This document shows, one piece after another, positions 62,780 through 64,000 of a stretch of DNA of 64,000 bases. The stretch's first letter is position 1. Every line of letters begins with the position of its first letter. Position numbers and translations under genes: made by a program. The stretch is from Candidatus Eiseniibacteriota bacterium (GTDB lineage Bacteria > Eisenbacteria > RBG-16-71-46). Where the stretch lies: contig CAVSAC010000011.1 of assembly GCA_963725865.1 (NCBI GenBank), forward strand, positions 69,152 through 133,151, read 5' to 3'. The notes under the pieces are model-generated. The model ran no database searches, was not told where the DNA came from, and was given only the letters and a program-made list of their open reading frames with translations.

Positions 62780-64000
62780 ATGCGATCGCTGCTCGGTCTC
62801 CGCGAGGCGCTGCACATCGCCCTCGGAGCGCTCCTGGCCAACAAGGTCCGGGGCGCCCTGACCACGCTGGGGATCATCATCGGCATCGTCGCGGTCGTGA
62901 CCACGATGACCGCCGTGAACGGGCTGCAGAACCGGTTCCGCGAGAGCTTCTCGGCGGTGGGCACCGACGTGATCTACGTGTCGCGCATGCCCTGGGTGGT
63001 CATGAACGACTTCTTCCTCTACCGCAACCGCCCGAATCTCGATCTGGCGGAGGCGCGCGCGCTGGAAGACCGGCTGCGGGGCCGGGCGCTGGTGAACCCC
63101 TCGCTCGACAATCGGATGGACGTCAAGTACCGCTCCGAGACCATCGAGGGCGTGACCATCATCGGCACGACCGAGAAGCAGTCCCAGATGTCCTCCGCCC
63201 AGCCGCAGAGCGGGCGGTTCCTGATGCCGTTCGACGTGACCTACAAGAAGAACGTCTGCGTGATCGGGAGCGAGATCCGGGACGGGCTCTTCAAGGGCAC
63301 CGACCCGATCCATCGCAGCCTCAAGATCGGGCCCCATGAGTTCCGTGTCATCGGTGTGATGGAGAAGCAGGGTGGGAGCTTCCTCGGTGGCCCCAACTTC
63401 GACCGCCAGATCTACATCCCGGTCACCTCCTACGTCAGGACCTTCGGCGGTCGGCGCGGCCACATCGACGTCAACATCGCGATCAAGGCGCCCAGTCAGG
63501 AGGCCATGGCCGATCTCGAGTACGCCGTGATCGGGGAGATGCGGAAGGTCCGGATGTTGCGGCCCGCCGAGCCCGACAACTTCTCGATCAACAAGCTCGA
63601 CACCCTGGTCGGGACCTTCAACAACGTCATGGGCGTCGTGCTGCTGGTCGGGCTGCTGGTCACGAGCATCTCGCTGTTCGTCGGCGCGGTGGGCGTGATG
63701 AACATCATGCTGGTGTCGGTGACCGAGCGGACCCGCGAGATCGGCATCCGCAAGGCGATCGGCGCGACCCGCAGGAGCATCCTGCTGCAGTTCCTGTTCG
63801 AATCGTCCGCCATCTGCCTGCTCGGCGGCGCGGTCGGGATCATCCTGGCCGCGATCCTCACCGCCATCATCAACGCCACCCTGATGCCGGCGAGCCTCTC
63901 GCTCCCGATTCTCGGCATCGCCGTGCTGGTCTCGATCCTGGTCGGCGTGGCCGCCGGCGTCGCGCCCGCGTACCGCGGCGCCCGCATGGATCCGGTCGAT
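62780..64000 (+). CDS. MacB/FtsX-type ABC transporter permease (runs off window end)
   Basis: NKVRGALTTLGIIIGI, VGAVGVMNIMLVSVTERTREIGIRKAIGA, QFLFES, PAYRGARMDPVD; absent from the ORF track because there is no stop inside the window. Confidence 0.93.
   Translation, partial: MRSLLGLREALHIALGALLANKVRGALTTLGIIIGIVAVVTTMTAVNGLQNRFRESFSAVGTDVIYVSRMPWVVMNDFFLYRNRPNLDLAEARALEDRLRGRALVNPSLDNRMDVKYRSETIEGVTIIGTTEKQSQMSSAQPQSGRFLMPFDVTYKKNVCVIGSEIRDGLFKGTDPIHRSLKIGPHEFRVIGVMEKQGGSFLGGPNFDRQIYIPVTSYVRTFGGRRGHIDVNIAIKAPSQEAMADLEYAVIGEMRKVRMLRPAEPDNFSINKLDTLVGTFNNVMGVVLLVGLLVTSISLFVGAVGVMNIMLVSVTERTREIGIRKAIGATRRSILLQFLFESSAICLLGGAVGIILAAILTAIINATLMPASLSLPILGIAVLVSILVGVAAGVAPAYRGARMDPVD

Noticed and set aside
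1..64000. Hundreds of long overlapping Arg/Ala/Pro/Gly-rich ORFs in the six-frame track
   Set aside because: Expected shadow ORFs of very high-GC DNA; they lack family motifs and overlap well-supported genes.

Overview
Very GC-rich bacterial chromosomal segment with about 50 protein-coding genes and no rRNA, tRNA, CRISPR array, transposase or integrase that I could recognise. Three secreted proteins end in an FlgD-Ig/T9SS-CTD-like domain, and several outer-membrane proteins and lipoproteins are present. This suggests a diderm FCB-group organism such as Ca. Eisenbacteria (inference). Many genes carry 1-nt frameshifts, most likely long-read assembly errors, so most CDS calls are stitched from several ORF-track frames and their coordinates are approximate. 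Two things stand out. (1) An apparent sigma-54 regulon is readable directly from the DNA between 17 and 55 kb: 11 intergenic -24/-12 promoters, most with a tandem pair of 13-bp degenerate palindromes (TGWAR-N3-YTWCM, 18-22 bp period) upstream, next to an NtrC-type activator and a hybrid histidine kinase. The targets are general-stress-type genes. (2) One of these promoters heads a 12-gene, about 14.6 kb operon: two PAP2 phosphatases, a DAG-kinase-family protein, an outer-membrane barrel, a signal-peptide-bearing atypical kinase-like protein, a lipoprotein metallophosphatase, two NTT/TLC nucleotide translocases (one HEAT-fused), a cNMP-binding protein and DUF47/PiT. This is a candidate extracytoplasmic ATP/phosphorylation system. 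Also present are an ECF sigma/anti-sigma/secreted TPR-CHAT protease module, a PA2779/C39-peptidase double-glycine pair, a region-2-only sigma protein, a Dps remnant and a 318-bp intragenic tandem duplication.
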